Of a stretch of DNA of 64,000 nucleotides, positions 26,970 to 34,966 are shown piece by piece. The stretch covers positions 11,021 to 75,020 of the forward strand of contig JABCOR020000006.1 in NCBI GenBank assembly GCA_013333495.2. Reading direction: 5' to 3'. This stretch comes from Candidatus Saccharimonadota bacterium (GTDB lineage: Bacteria; Patescibacteriota; Saccharimonadia; Saccharimonadales; Saccharimonadaceae). A program made the position numbers and the translations under genes. Within the stretch, counting starts at the first letter, position 1; each line of letters opens with the position of its first letter. A model generated the notes under the pieces. It made no database searches. It was given only the letters and a program-made list of their open reading frames with translations, and was not told where the DNA came from.

Positions 26970-27680
26970 TTACTTGTCTTTATGAAGTGTAAGCACTTCA
27001 GCGCCCTGAGAGAAATACTCCCATTCGTTCTCCCTGCTATTGGCGTTTCCATACCATGCTGTACCGATTGCTACAGACACAGAACTACTCTTGGCACCGA
27101 CTGGGTCAAAAAATAGTATTGTCTCGGTTGATGGCCCGCAGGATGTCTGACTCATAACTATCTTGCCAATCTCGCGTCCCAGGTGTGAGTCCTGGCCAAG
27201 TTGTTGGCAATTGACAATTGCAGAGCTGACATTCTTGGTGATAGCAAGAATCCCTACTGTATCGATACACTCGATATTGTCAACAGTGTAGCAGCTACAG
27301 ATGAATTTAAAACTCACCCCCTCGTCCTCTGGACGTTTGCCAAAGAGCTCTTCAAGCGCTGCCACACCCTCCGTATCAAGTTCTGAACTTGTTGGATTTG
27401 ATGGATTGTTGACGCTATCTATCGCCGAGGTGTGCTCTTGTGTTTGAGTAAGGTTCTGTTTTAAAGAATCAGCTACTCCTTCAGGTAAATTAATACCCTT
27501 CAGTTTATCGGCTAGAGTCTTTACTGTTGGTAGTAAAGATTTTACCCTCCCCGCTTCTTCCTCATCTTTTAAGTCAAGTGAGAATAGCTGTATAGTAGTA
27601 GCCTTTTTATCTGAGGGTGGGTCTAGGCTTGGATTTAAGTTTAAGCCAGACCGTTGCTCAAATGGGAATGTCATAAGCAT
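26970..27680 (-). CDS. orphan protein P1 (236 aa; alternative start 27674)
   Basis: Track ORF. Acidic N-terminal half and Cys-containing C-terminal half. Own promoter and terminator (hairpin at about 26878-26940). Confidence 0.6.
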   Translation of the reverse strand: MLMTFPFEQRSGLNLNPSLDPPSDKKATTIQLFSLDLKDEEEAGRVKSLLPTVKTLADKLKGINLPEGVADSLKQNLTQTQEHTSAIDSVNNPSNPTSSELDTEGVAALEELFGKRPEDEGVSFKFICSCYTVDNIECIDTVGILAITKNVSSAIVNCQQLGQDSHLGREIGKIVMSQTSCGPSTETILFFDPVGAKSSSVSVAIGTAWYGNANSRENEWEYFSQGAEVLTLHKDK

Positions 27681-27734
27681 GACCTACTTTCTACTAAAGG
27701 TACAAATAGCAATGAGCGGGGGTGCTCAATGCCA

Positions 27735-27756
27735 ATTGTGGCAAGCTTGTCACAAT
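27735..27756. promoter_or_regulatory. 22-nt near-perfect palindrome at the predicted 5' end of the P1 transcript
   Basis: ATTGTGGCAAGCTTGTCACAAT (two symmetric mismatches), immediately downstream of the extended -10 TGGTATACT (27763-27771, minus strand). Confidence 0.5.
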
Positions 27757-27816
27757 ACATATAGTATACCATAAGCAAAGAAAAACCACAATCAATGATC
27801 GTGGTGAATAATTGCT

Positions 27817-27890
27817 TGGCTGGGGATGAGGGATTCGAACCCCCGATCACGGGACCAGAACCCGCTGCCTTACCGCTTGGCCAATCCCCA
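27817..27890 (-). tRNA. tRNA-Gln (anticodon CUG), CCA encoded
   Basis: Cloverleaf read by hand: acceptor TGGGGAT/ATCCCCA, D-loop GCCAAGCGGTAAGGC, anticodon loop TTCTGGT, T-arm GGGGG-TTCGAAT-CCCTC, then G-CCA. Confidence 0.9.
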
Positions 27891-27901
27891 AGATGTTTAC
27901 T

Positions 27902-27930
27902 ATTGTAGCCTATTTTATAGGCGCTGTCTA
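27902..27930 (-). promoter_or_regulatory. promoter of tRNA-Gln
   Basis: Minus strand TAGACA (27925-27930), 17 nt, TACAAT (27902-27907), about 11 nt before the mature 5' end. Confidence 0.5.
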
Positions 27931-27995
27931 GACTATTTTTACTAAAGTTATGTGCGCGCTGCCCTGTTTTTGCGCCTTGCTGCGGCAAGGTTCAC

Positions 27996-28029
27996 AATAA
28001 AAGCAGCCCCGCGGGGGAGGCGAGGCTGC
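27996..28029 (-). terminator. Intrinsic terminator of greA
   Basis: GCAGCC...GGCTGC hairpin with a GC-rich interior, followed on the minus strand by TTTTATT. Confidence 0.65.
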
Positions 28030-28105
28030 GAAGGAGTGAGTGTATATTGAATGAAACAGGGGGTGGAAAACGTCGGATAGCAGCTATTCTGCGTAGCGGG
28101 GGAAG

Positions 28106-28567
28106 CTACGAAATAGCTACAAGACGCATCTGACCGGTGGTATACTTCGTGGTCCACTCAAACGTATCACGAATGCTACGACCGATAAGAGTTTTTCCTA
28201 GTGGACTATCGACCGAGATACGTCCATCGCTTGGGTTGGCCTCGATACTATTCACTAGGGTGTAGCGCACGCGCTTACCGTGTTGATCAATCAGATCAAC
28301 CACCGAACCAAGCGCAACCTTGACGCGATTACGCTTGGCCGGTAACAGCTTGGCGCGCGCTAAGAGGTTATTCTTTTCGTAGATTTCTTGTTCGATAGCT
28401 TCGAGCTCGAATAGTAGTTCCCCACGTTCTTGGCGGGCTTCACGGTTTTGGCGTTTATCAGTGCTATGAAGTTGCTGCGTAATTGATACCAGCTTCTTCT
28501 CTAGCGATTGTAGTTCTTTCTTTAGTTCTTTAAATCCTTTTTTGCTCAAAAAAATGTCGTTTGTCAT
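28106..28567 (-). CDS. greA: transcription elongation factor GreA
   Basis: N-terminal coiled coil plus C-terminal FKBP-like domain with ISVDSPLGKTLIG. Confidence 0.9.
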   Translation of the reverse strand: MTNDIFLSKKGFKELKKELQSLEKKLVSITQQLHSTDKRQNREARQERGELLFELEAIEQEIYEKNNLLARAKLLPAKRNRVKVALGSVVDLIDQHGKRVRYTLVNSIEANPSDGRISVDSPLGKTLIGRSIRDTFEWTTKYTTGQMRLVAIS

Positions 28568-28710
28568 ACATTACCTTTCGAGTTACTTGTGAGTGTGGCA
28601 GGGGTTGAAGTTGTGGTGGAGTTCCCTGCTACACCCCTATAATGCCATGCTTATCTGAATTCTATCTGAAGATTTTTGATAATTTTATAGAAAATGCTTA
28701 TGAAGGCATA

Positions 28711-29817
28711 TTACTGGGGTAAACTGAGGGTAAATGTAGTACATTCACCTGGCTTGCTCTGCACTGAAATGGTACTGCGGTTCAGTTTTATCAGTTTTTG
28801 TGCCAGTGCAAGCCCAAGTCCATACCCTCGCGTAGGGTGCGCGTGACTGCTGCGGGAGCTATCGCTTTGGTAGAAGCGGGTAAAGATATGCGGAATATCC
28901 TTTGCGGCAATTCCCTTCCCTTTGTTTGTAATTTGCACCACGATGCGGCCAGGTCGGCGCTGCAAATGGAGTGTAATCGGCGTGTTGGGGTAAGAATATT
29001 TCAGCGCATTGTCGATAATGATAGTGAAAATCTCCATTATACTTGCTGGGTTGATGGTGGCATTATACCGAGAGGTAGCGCTTCTTTGCGTGATATGAAT
29101 GCGGCTCGCATCGGCCGAGAAACGCTCTCGAGTGCGGTGAAGTAGTTGTGAGATACTGGTTTTTTCGACAGCGTTGTTTTGCTCGTCTTTGGCCGCTAGT
29201 GCTAGCAGTACGCTGGTAAGTTCGGTAAGTGAGTTAATCTCTTCCAGCGTGCTTTCCATGGTGGCAGCCATATCTTTTTTGCTCATGTGTGGATCCCGCA
29301 GGGCGAGTTCGAGCTCCATTTTCATATTGGCAAGCGGCGTGCGAAACTCATGGCTGGCATCGCTGGTGAAGCGCTGCTGGGCAGCTAAAGCTTCGCTGAT
29401 TGGCCGTAGTGTGCGGCGAGCTAAAAAGTAAGCACCGAGCCCGCCGGCAGCAAGCACCAAAAGATTCATATAGACCAAACTTTCAGCCATGTTGCGGGCT
29501 GTGGTATTGAGCTCTTGGTTGCGTAAGTCTAGGTGCTTTGCGGTAGTATTTGTTTCAGCATAATGATAAATTCCCTCTTCAAAACCGATGAGGCGTTGCC
29601 GGGTTTCATTGATGGCTGTACCAAAAATAACGATACTAAAAAGCAAGCTCACCGACATGAGAATAAGCAAGTACCACCCAGTCAATTTAAGTGTTGCCGA
29701 CTGGAACAGCGCGGCAGTATGGCTGCGGAACCGGTCGCCACTTTGTCGGATGATATCACTAGCTGCAGTGAACGGATCGTACGCTGCTTGCTTTTTGGTA
29801 CGCTGTGGAGCCGCTAT
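28711..29817 (-). CDS. sensor histidine kinase (start ambiguous: TTG 29685 in the track, or ATA 29817 overlapping the regulator stop)
   Basis: H-box SHEFRTPL, G-box GYGLGLALA. The in-frame open region continues 44 codons upstream of TTG. GGAGGG sits 6 nt before an ATA that overlaps the TAG of the upstream gene (ATAG). Confidence 0.8.
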   Translation of the reverse strand: MAAPQRTKKQAAYDPFTAASDIIRQSGDRFRSHTAALFQSATLKLTGWYLLILMSVSLLFSIVIFGTAINETRQRLIGFEEGIYHYAETNTTAKHLDLRNQELNTTARNMAESLVYMNLLVLAAGGLGAYFLARRTLRPISEALAAQQRFTSDASHEFRTPLANMKMELELALRDPHMSKKDMAATMESTLEEINSLTELTSVLLALAAKDEQNNAVEKTSISQLLHRTRERFSADASRIHITQRSATSRYNATINPASIMEIFTIIIDNALKYSYPNTPITLHLQRRPGRIVVQITNKGKGIAAKDIPHIFTRFYQSDSSRSSHAHPTRGYGLGLALAQKLIKLNRSTISVQSKPGECTTFTLSLPQ

Positions 29818-30539
29818 AAGGTACCCTCCTCTGGTAATTGTGCCTCAATTTTGTAGCCAAAACCGCGCACGGTGGTAATGATGTTCTCTTTGGTGTGCTG
29901 GGCAAGCTTTTTACGAAGCTGTTTTATGTGCGCTTCAATAGTATTTGGCAAAATTGTGGCATCAAAATCCCAAACATGCTCAGCCAGCTGCTCTTTCGAC
30001 ACTACTTGGCCACGGCGCAAAAGAAGATATTCTAACAGGCCGAATTCTTTGCTCGTTAGTGAAACCGGCTTGCCCACAAATTGTAGCTGCCGCTGGTTTT
30101 GGTCTAGCGTAAAGCCGGCAAAGGTGATTTGCGGCTGCACTGCCCGCGAAGGACGACGCAGCAAAGCGCGCACGCGAGCCAAAAGTTCGTCTACGGCAAA
30201 AGGTTTTACTAGGTAATCATCGGCGCCAGCATCGAGGCCTGTAGTTTTATCATCGAGTGTTCCGAGCGCGGTAACTAGTATAGCGGGCGTCATAATCCCC
30301 TTACCGCGCAACGTTTTAATAATCTGCACGCCATCGCTAAACAGCGCATCATCTTGCGGTGATGGTGCACCGCTGGGTACCATACGGTCGACCAATAGCG
30401 CATCATAGGTGCTGGCCTGAGCGGCAGCGAGTGCGTCAAAGCCGGTGTTCTCAACATCGACAGCGTAGCCCTCGCTCTCTAATGCTCGCCGCAAGCTGCG
30501 GGCAAGTTTCGGTTCATCTTCAAGCACAAGAATACGCAT
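29814..30539 (-). CDS. OmpR-family response regulator
   Basis: Receiver domain (MRILVLEDE, phospho-acceptor LLVD, KPF) and winged-helix C-terminus (LT.KEF.LLEYL, VRGFGYK). Confidence 0.9.
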   Translation of the reverse strand: MRILVLEDEPKLARSLRRALESEGYAVDVENTGFDALAAAQASTYDALLVDRMVPSGAPSPQDDALFSDGVQIIKTLRGKGIMTPAILVTALGTLDDKTTGLDAGADDYLVKPFAVDELLARVRALLRRPSRAVQPQITFAGFTLDQNQRQLQFVGKPVSLTSKEFGLLEYLLLRRGQVVSKEQLAEHVWDFDATILPNTIEAHIKQLRKKLAQHTKENIITTVRGFGYKIEAQLPEEGTL

Positions 30540-30584
30540 AACTTATATGTAGTATACCACGCCAGCCCAAGCGGCAGCAAAAGT

Positions 30585-30620
30585 AAAAAGCCCCCATCCA
30601 CATAGATGAATGTGAATGGG
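30585..30620 (-). terminator. Intrinsic terminator of ORF 30656..31687
   Basis: CCCATCCACAT/ATGTGAATGGG stem followed on the minus strand by CTTTTTAC. Confidence 0.65.
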
Positions 30621-30655
30621 AGCGGCTGTGGTCCTTTCTTAGGTAGTGAGGTCTT

Positions 30656-31687
30656 TTATAGGATGTGGGAGCCTAGAGAGCGCCAGTAAAAGTCAGGGTC
30701 CAGCTTGAGCAGAATGCTGATTGCTGTTGCTGCAATGCTACTCTCGCCCTTGCCGCGCGGATACACTGTATTATTGAATGTAAACTCGCGTTCCCTGCTG
30801 ATTACTAACTCAGCGCCCTGCAGGCGAATAGACAGCCTATAGTCTTCTCGAGTATAAGTATCCTCCGTGAGGCTCCTCCATTTTTTGAAGTAAAATGCTT
30901 GCTTCGTACTATATCCAAAGCCATGCAGGTATGAGCGCAGGTCCTTAACTACCTCTACACACTGCATGTATTCTTCTGTAGGGCTGCCAGCTTCGCCTGC
31001 TTTGCGAATATATTCCACATTTTTAGGATTAGTTCCGTAGTTGCAATCACTATCTATCAAATCCTTACCAGCAGTTAACTTTTTATTACTGAGAAGATAC
31101 CAGTCACTGAGAATATCAATGATATTCACCTCATGATTCAGTGGCTGGAGCGCACGCTTATACACTTCATCCTCAGGGAGAACATCAGAGACAAGACGCA
31201 AGACGTCATATAGTTTCGATACGTAATGGTTAATATCTTTACTATTCAGGACACGGCGGCTACCATTACCAACTAAGCCGTGCAGGACATCTGAAATATC
31301 CTGCTGAATTATGCAGAAGTTCTCGTACTGGTTATTTCGCTGAGCAAGCTCCACTTCGGCAAGATCTTTAATCTTTGGCAGTAGCTCCTGCAGGCCAGCA
31401 CCCGTATGACTGTCATTTTTCTGGGCATGGTATGCGTTAAGGAACTCATTGTGATACTTGATGAAGGCTTCCCTGCTGTAATGCAGGCTTTGATGAAACT
31501 TCTCGAGTAGCTCTTCGTTCACTGCTAGCATTTCGTAGGTAGATATCTTGCGTGGTTTAGACTCTAGCGGAATTTGCTGCTGCGTTAGCAGACATTCCAT
31601 GCCAAACTTCTTGGCATACCGAATTACTGCTCCCAGCACATCCCAGTTCGTAACATGCTTCTTACGCTTAAAAAACATTGTGATCAC
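30656..31687 (-). CDS. orphan protein (343 aa), GTG start
   Basis: GAAAGG 6 nt upstream of GTG. Visibly AT-rich. No domain recognised. Confidence 0.6.
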   Translation of the reverse strand: MITMFFKRKKHVTNWDVLGAVIRYAKKFGMECLLTQQQIPLESKPRKISTYEMLAVNEELLEKFHQSLHYSREAFIKYHNEFLNAYHAQKNDSHTGAGLQELLPKIKDLAEVELAQRNNQYENFCIIQQDISDVLHGLVGNGSRRVLNSKDINHYVSKLYDVLRLVSDVLPEDEVYKRALQPLNHEVNIIDILSDWYLLSNKKLTAGKDLIDSDCNYGTNPKNVEYIRKAGEAGSPTEEYMQCVEVVKDLRSYLHGFGYSTKQAFYFKKWRSLTEDTYTREDYRLSIRLQGAELVISREREFTFNNTVYPRGKGESSIAATAISILLKLDPDFYWRSLGSHIL

Positions 31688-32028
31688 TCACAACCTTTCT
31701 ATCTCTCGTCACAAAACGGAACATATGCTTTCTTCTCTCTAACTAAGAAAACCATATTCTCAAAGTACACACAGCCAAGCCCACGGAAGTGCGGGCCTGC
31801 GACAAAACTGTGCGCCACGCATTTTGTGAGCTAGTAAGTCTATTATATAAGGGTATAGCATAAAGCGCAAGCTGGCGCCGGCTAGCGACATATGCCAGGT
31901 AACTTAGTTGTAAATATGGCCATAGTGTGGCACAATAAGATCAGATTCATTCATTGGATTTGAGCGCATGCAGGTTGTATTCGCTCATCCGGAGTGAAGC
32001 CTGTGTGCACCTTGATTATTAGGAAGTG

Positions 32029-32733
32029 ATGAAATTGCTGATCGATTTTGATACAAATGCTGAAAACCAAATTCAGGCGAAGAAACAGCATACAGCTCCT
32101 GCGATGTCAAAATTATTCCCGGAACTTAAGCGGTTACTGGAGAGTGATCACTCGCTAGACTGTCTAATCGTCCCTCTGCTTGACACCGATTGGTTTAGTT
32201 GTGGTAAGGCACCGGAGTCAGTACCAATCAGCTGGTTAGCTGGTATGGCAACTCGTCTTCTTACCGGGACAGGTCGAGCGACTGAATTGTCTGCATCGCC
32301 AGGTACTTGGGATAAGCACAGGACTGTTCGTTGTGAGAAGGAGACCGCGCTGCGTGATGCATTTGCTCAGCATGGAGCTGTGCTCAACAATTTGTTGAAC
32401 GTAGCAAAGCCGTTTTCGGCTGGTAATGTTTCAGAATTGAATGTTCCTGCGGGACAGCTTCAGCGATCTTTATCTCAGCTTGCTGGTGCCTTACAGCTGC
32501 GAGAGGGAGATCTGCCCACGCTGCTGGTTTGTATTGGCACGAGGGAGCAGTTCAGTAAGGATATTACTAGCAGGATTGGTCTGCGTAGCAAGCACCTATT
32601 AGTACGCACGGTTGATAACCGGATTGTGCTATATAGTGCCGGCGAAGCAGACCAGGTATCTAAAGAGGTGAAGGAGCTGAAGGAAATCCTGGGGCTTGGA
32701 GACGAGCTTGAGCTAGTAACCCGCTCCTACTAA
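32029..32733 (+). CDS. orphan protein (234 aa)
   Basis: Track ORF (GTG 32026) trimmed to the ATG at 32029 after AGGA. Followed by a long GC-rich hairpin and T-tract at about 32757-32812. Confidence 0.55.
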   Translation: MKLLIDFDTNAENQIQAKKQHTAPAMSKLFPELKRLLESDHSLDCLIVPLLDTDWFSCGKAPESVPISWLAGMATRLLTGTGRATELSASPGTWDKHRTVRCEKETALRDAFAQHGAVLNNLLNVAKPFSAGNVSELNVPAGQLQRSLSQLAGALQLREGDLPTLLVCIGTREQFSKDITSRIGLRSKHLLVRTVDNRIVLYSAGEADQVSKEVKELKEILGLGDELELVTRSY

Positions 32734-32833
32734 AAGTAAATAGCCATCACGCGCACAGGCCCCCGAGGTGCTATGCAGTAACTTGCATAGTAGCCCCGGG
32801 GGTTTTACTTTTTACTAAAAACTAAGTGGTAGC

Positions 32834-32862
32834 AAAAACCCGGGAAACATATGGTTCCCGGG
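32834..32862 (-). terminator. Intrinsic terminator of the ABC transporter operon
   Basis: CCCGGGAA/TTCCCGGG stem followed on the minus strand by TTTTT. Confidence 0.65.
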
Positions 32863-32882
32863 TAGTGTTATATTTTGCTGGG

Positions 32883-34106
32883 TTATGATCGCTTCTCTTT
32901 GTAGAAAATAGCTTTGAGCGATAACACCTTGTTGTATTCGATTGAGCCGTAGTGGAAGAGGCGGATAGCAATCCAGAAGGTGATACCAGCGCTGACGATC
33001 AAGATACCAGCTGCAAGTAGCCCTTCCCCAAGCGGCAGGTTACCTGTTGCGTTACGGATCAGGAGTGGCATTGGTGAGGTGAATGGGATGAGCGATGTCA
33101 CCTTAACAAGTGGGGCATTTGGCGTTGAGATAATCAGCATGAAGAAGTATAGCGGTGCAAAGAAGAGTGTCATAAGCGCACCCAGGAAGCTACCGGCTTC
33201 TTTAGCTGTTGGCACTGCGGCGCCGACAGCGATCACGAGGCCTGCAAAGAAGGCGAACCCGGCAGTGCTGATTAGTGCACTCATCGCGATACGAACAGGC
33301 TCAATTTGGATATTCTTGAGGATGTCAATTGGCACACCACCGGCTGTCTTATCGATAAGAAGGTACGTTGCGACAGTTATCAGTGTCATAATGGTGACTT
33401 GCAGCGCCGCCAGAACGAGGATAGAAAGAATTTTTCCAAAAATCAGCGTACGTGGCTGGATGGTCGTAAGAATCATCTCGGTGACGCGGTTTTCCTTCTC
33501 TTCTGAGGTACTTGTTAGGATTGGGTTGACGAATGTCATCAGCACAACGTACAGCAGTACCAGGAAGGCTGCTGGGATAATCATGCTACCAATAGGGTCG
33601 TATTGTTTACCGTCACGATAAAAGGTGCTGGTGGTTTGCAGTTTGCCGGCAATAATTTGCTGGTCGGCCTTATCTACCTTGCTGCTAACTGAACGCTTCA
33701 GTAGTTGCTGCGCCATATTTTCGTAGCGGCTATTATTAAAGATATTTTCATCTTTTGCATAGACCTCAATAGGCTGGCTTCCAACGTTCTCTGGGATGAA
33801 AATAACGGCATCTTTGCGGCCCTGCTTCACCTCGGTGATAGCACTATCTTTGTCGGTAGCTTTAGTAAAAGCATGCTCTCCCTGGAAGGCTTCTTTGCCT
33901 ACTTTGCCAGATTTGTCGATAATAGCGATATTGGTTGAGCCATTGGCAAGCTGGTTGAGCTGCTCTTGTGAGGCTTTTTGTGAAAAGGTCATCACGCCAC
34001 TAAGGATTGCAAGAATAAGCGGTGGCAGTAAAATACTTGTCCAGAAGCTTCGCTTTTTTAAGGTGCGCAAAACTTCAAAGCGCATAACAGTTTTTAGATT
34101 AAACAT
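32883..34106 (-). CDS. ABC-2 type transporter permease (NatB-like)
   Basis: N-terminal TM helix, large extracytoplasmic loop, then five C-terminal TM helices. ATG overlaps the ATPase stop by 8 nt. Confidence 0.8.
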   Translation of the reverse strand: MFNLKTVMRFEVLRTLKKRSFWTSILLPPLILAILSGVMTFSQKASQEQLNQLANGSTNIAIIDKSGKVGKEAFQGEHAFTKATDKDSAITEVKQGRKDAVIFIPENVGSQPIEVYAKDENIFNNSRYENMAQQLLKRSVSSKVDKADQQIIAGKLQTTSTFYRDGKQYDPIGSMIIPAAFLVLLYVVLMTFVNPILTSTSEEKENRVTEMILTTIQPRTLIFGKILSILVLAALQVTIMTLITVATYLLIDKTAGGVPIDILKNIQIEPVRIAMSALISTAGFAFFAGLVIAVGAAVPTAKEAGSFLGALMTLFFAPLYFFMLIISTPNAPLVKVTSLIPFTSPMPLLIRNATGNLPLGEGLLAAGILIVSAGITFWIAIRLFHYGSIEYNKVLSLKAIFYKEKRS

Positions 34107-34869
34107 GGTGCTCCTCCTCTGCTGGCTGGTCTTGGACAGTGTATGAATAGAGGTCAACGAAAATATCATCGATTGACTTACCGCCGTGCGCTGCCCGAAC
34201 TTCGGCTACGGTGCCATAGGCTGCGGCTTTACCGTCTTTTAGTAGAATGAGCCGGTCACACAGCTCTTCCACTTCTGCCATGTCATGGGTAACCAGAATG
34301 ACAGTTGCTCCAGCTGCGCGGCGCTCCTCGATGAGGCTACGGAGTAGGCGGCGGTTGACTGGGTCGAAGCCCTTGGTTGGCTCGTCAAGGATGAGTAGCT
34401 CTGGGTTGTTCATCATAGTGATGCCGAGCTGCACTTTTTGCTGCTGGCCACCAGAAAGCTTGCCTAGCTTAGTCTTGACTTTGTCGGCAAGGCTTACTTT
34501 TTTGAGGAATTCTAGGCTGTAGGTTTTCGCGTCTTTGCGGCTCATGCCCTTTAGTTCGCCAAAGTAAAGCATCACATCAAGCACGGTTTCATTGCGGTAT
34601 AACCCGCGCTCTTCTGGTAGATAGCCGATAACTTCCCCGTTTTTAGGCGAGTACGTGTGGCCATTAATAGTGAGGCTACCGCCATCAGCAATGTAGATGC
34701 CGAGTAGCGTGCGGATAATGGTTGTTTTTCCTGATCCGTTGCTTCCAAGTAAGCCGAAAGTCTCACCACGGCGCACCTCGAACGACAGATCGTCGATAAT
34801 TGTTGTCTTGCCAAATGATTTTGTCAGGTGGTCCACCTGAACGATTGGCGATAATTGCTTCGTTGTCAT
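34099..34869 (-). CDS. ABC transporter ATP-binding protein
   Basis: Walker A GSNGSGKTT, signature LSGGQQQK, Walker B LLILDEP. Trimmed to the ATG at 34869. Confidence 0.92.
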   Translation of the reverse strand: MTTKQLSPIVQVDHLTKSFGKTTIIDDLSFEVRRGETFGLLGSNGSGKTTIIRTLLGIYIADGGSLTINGHTYSPKNGEVIGYLPEERGLYRNETVLDVMLYFGELKGMSRKDAKTYSLEFLKKVSLADKVKTKLGKLSGGQQQKVQLGITMMNNPELLILDEPTKGFDPVNRRLLRSLIEERRAAGATVILVTHDMAEVEELCDRLILLKDGKAAAYGTVAEVRAAHGGKSIDDIFVDLYSYTVQDQPAEEEHHV

Positions 34870-34966
34870 GTGCAAAAGTATGACATAGAGCTAGAAATTT
34901 GCAAATAAAAATATGGCGGAACTATGCAATACATGGTATACTGACTGTAGTAGTAAGGAGGTGTAA

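Noticed and set aside
21100-27900. Classical integrative element or prophage at tRNA-Gln
   Set aside because: There are no integrase, excisionase, capsid, terminase or conjugation genes. By eye I found no direct repeat of the tRNA-Gln 3' end at the far side of the island. This needs a computational check, so only the weaker 'island' claim is kept.
32980-33621. 213-aa plus-strand ORF
   Set aside because: It is antisense to the ABC-2 permease, whose TM pattern and coupling to the ATPase gene are convincing. It has no RBS.
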